DNA of 63,948 nucleotides, counting the filler, from Octopus bimaculoides (Eukaryota), in assembly GCF_001194135.2 (NCBI RefSeq). It is 5 parts of 5 records of this genome, joined end to end, with 100 filler letters (N's around TTAATTAATTAA, not from the genome) between each part and the next. Parts side by side here need not be neighbours in the genome. Positions count along the whole stretch, not along the records: positions 61,465 to 63,948 come from NC_068982.1; 4 more parts are not named here. One strand, 5' to 3'. Shown one piece after another: positions 61,366 through 63,948 of the stretch; the first letter of the stretch is position 1, and the number at the start of each line of letters is the position of its first letter. Made by a program: the position numbers and the translations under genes. The notes under the pieces were generated by a model. It was not told the origin of the DNA, ran no database searches, and saw only the letters and a program-made list of their open reading frames with translations.

Positions 61366-63948
61366 NNNNNNNNNNNNNNNNNNNNNNNNNNNNNNNNNNN
61401 NNNNNNNNTTAATTAATTAANNNNNNNNNNNNNNNNNNNNNNNNNNNNNNNNNNNNNNNNNNNNTCATTTTTTATCGTCTCTTTTATGTTGTACATAGCA
61501 TATAATTAGAAAATGAAATTGCTTAGGTACCTTTCGATCGTTTCCCTTGTTTAAACTATAGAAGACAGTGAAAGAGAAACGGCAAAGCTATTAAAACATC
61601 GGGCAGGATGTCTCGCGTAATGTCTTCTGTTCTATGATTTCAAATCCCTCCGAGACCAGCGTTGCCTTTTATATTTTCCATTTTTATAAATAAAATGCCC
61701 AACGTTCCATTTTTTAAATTCAGAAATGCAAGTTTTAAACGAGGTGCTAGCAACCTCGTCTGATAGTAAAACTTATATGCTAACGGAACAATTAAAGGAA
61801 TAACCGATATATGTTGGAACTATACATCATAATATTAGACTAACACATTTCATTCAACAACATTCCTCACAATTATCAAAAAAAAAAAAAAAATCACCAA
61901 AACTTATGGTTTAGGAAAGATTTGTTTCATTTTAATATGTTTGCCAATAGATGAAAAACTCTTTATAGCGTTAAGTGAAATGAAATACAAGTATATATGT
62001 ATAGTTGTGTTCTAATACCATATGTTTCTACTTATTTGATACTATCCCAGTATTAGGGAACAAATTGCCATATAAATTTATTTTTGGGCACTGTTCATGT
62101 TAAATCATACGGAAGAATGTATTCGTATTTTTCTCGCTTTAAGCTATACATTTGGTGATTTGATGTTATCTTAAGTTTCACTTAAAATTATATTTTAATG
62201 TTACAATGTCTGCTTAAATTCCATATCTCAGTAATTCAATTATTAAAAAAAATTGAATTTCTCAAGATATATCGATAAATGTAATACTCATGAAAAGGAG
62301 GAAAATGTAAATATAAATGAATGAGCTCAAAGAATACCAACTAGTATCGAGGGTGATATGTCTGCTTATAACATGCCAGTAAACACGGAAATGTTTAAAA
62401 GAAACTGACTGAATATAGATAGATGAGTATAGATATGTTAGAAATTCAGCTACAAAGTATAGGATTGAAAAAGAAAGTTGATATAATAGAGCTCGCGTCT
62501 TTGCTAAGCATAAGAAATAGCAAGCTTGGCAAAGTGAAAGAAAGAATATATTAAACTAATAGGTTCTTATAAGACATGGGCATTTAAAATATACCATTAT
62601 GTTTAGAAAGAGTGAAGGAGAATTAATGTAAAGATCAGGATTATGGTTTAAATTATAAGCATTATAGATTATTTATTTATTTGCTGCTATCAACTTTTTA
62701 ATGATTTTTGCATACATGCGTACATAGACATACATTTACATACGAATATATNNNNNNNNNNNNNNNNNNNNNNNNNNNNNNNNNNNNNNNNNNNNNNNNN
62801 NNNNNNNNNNNNNNNNNNNNNNNNNNNNNNNNNNNNNNNNTATATATATATATATATAATATAATATAATATAATATAATATAAATATGTACATATATAC
62901 GTGTGTGTGTGGAATATTTGTTTGTGTTTCTGTGTATGAGTCTGTTTATCTAAGATTTTTGTATGTGTGCATATCAATGTGTTTCTAGAAATCGATGTGA
63001 GTCTACATAGGTATTGAATTCTTGCTTATAATTGTTGAAACTTACGCTCTCACTCCCACACATTGAAATTACACATGCACATTTGCACACATACAAACTC
63101 ATATGCAACCATGCTGGAAATAGTCTCACACAGAAACATACATTTATGTAGACAGTTATATAGACGCACATCATATATATATATATATATATAGGTTGTC
63201 TAGCTAACTACTCTGTAGGTTATTGATTGCTGTTCCTTTATATTTTTCGCCAATTACGATCTATTTTTAGAGTTATTAAACCAATGGAGAAGTAAACTTT
63301 ATTTGGTTGCCACGCTCTTCTGGGCATTTTGTCTGGACACTCATATATGAATCAATACAACTTGCGAAAGCTATTAAGCCACAGTGAAATCTATTGAGCT
63401 AACAGCTAAATGCAGAGTCACTGGCGAACATCTACCTCATATTACAATAACAAATGCAATATCAATAAATAAATGAATGAACAAAACTAGATAAAAGCAA
63501 GAAAATATCACAAAGAAACAAAACACAAAACATAAAACATCCTCAGCAAAAATACTCACATCAAACTAGCCGTATCTCAACATTTTATTATCGATATGAC
63601 ATTCAGTCGTAAATAGCTAGATTTGTGTAACGTTTAGCTTTATATCTAAATGTAACACAAATTCGGGTGAGTATTTCCAGTGAACGTAATATTGAGTGAA
63701 GAAACCATTTGAAAATCATCTATCAACCGAGAGTTGAAGTCAGAAAACTAATACCAGTTCTGAAAATCTCAGATAACAAGAATTAATCTGATGTAAAATA
63801 CCAAATCTGATATGATATGAACAATTCCCTCTTGAAATAAAACATGCTTACGATGCTCTGAGAATTCATAACACTCTGCAGCTAGTAAAAAATTAATCGA
63901 TTCTGATAAAATAATGAAAGAAAGAATTTACACTATTTTGGGCGATAT

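Noticed and set aside
1-63948. CRISPR arrays, rRNA, prokaryotic operons
   Set aside because: None seen; sequence is eukaryotic repeat-rich DNA.

Overview
AT-rich, gap-containing eukaryotic genomic DNA. The repeat families, microsatellite load and N-embedded TTAATTAATTAA scaffold spacers suggest a cephalopod (Octopus-like) draft assembly; this is an inference. The window is mostly intronic or intergenic and dominated by repeats: at least five tRNA-derived SINE or LINE-tail families; decayed non-LTR elements (RTE, RTE-X-like, Tx1/L1, CRE-like, HERO/NeSL-like); two different Penelope-like element (PLE) RT remnants; four Helitron copies; and Tc1/mariner and hAT remnants. There is no intact long ORF. 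A few small candidate host exons occur on both strands, but I could not name the genes. The most interesting signal is a short element with a tRNA-like Pol III head, a minimal type-I hammerhead ribozyme of the PLE-associated dimer type, and PLE-style inverted duplication of its 3' terminus (29714-30047; headless copy 58920-59162). It looks like a SINE mobilised by Penelope-like machinery. A second, unrelated hammerhead lies at 57654-57709. All family assignments come from motif recognition by eye, repeat boundaries are approximate unless a TSD or terminus is given, and no searches were run.
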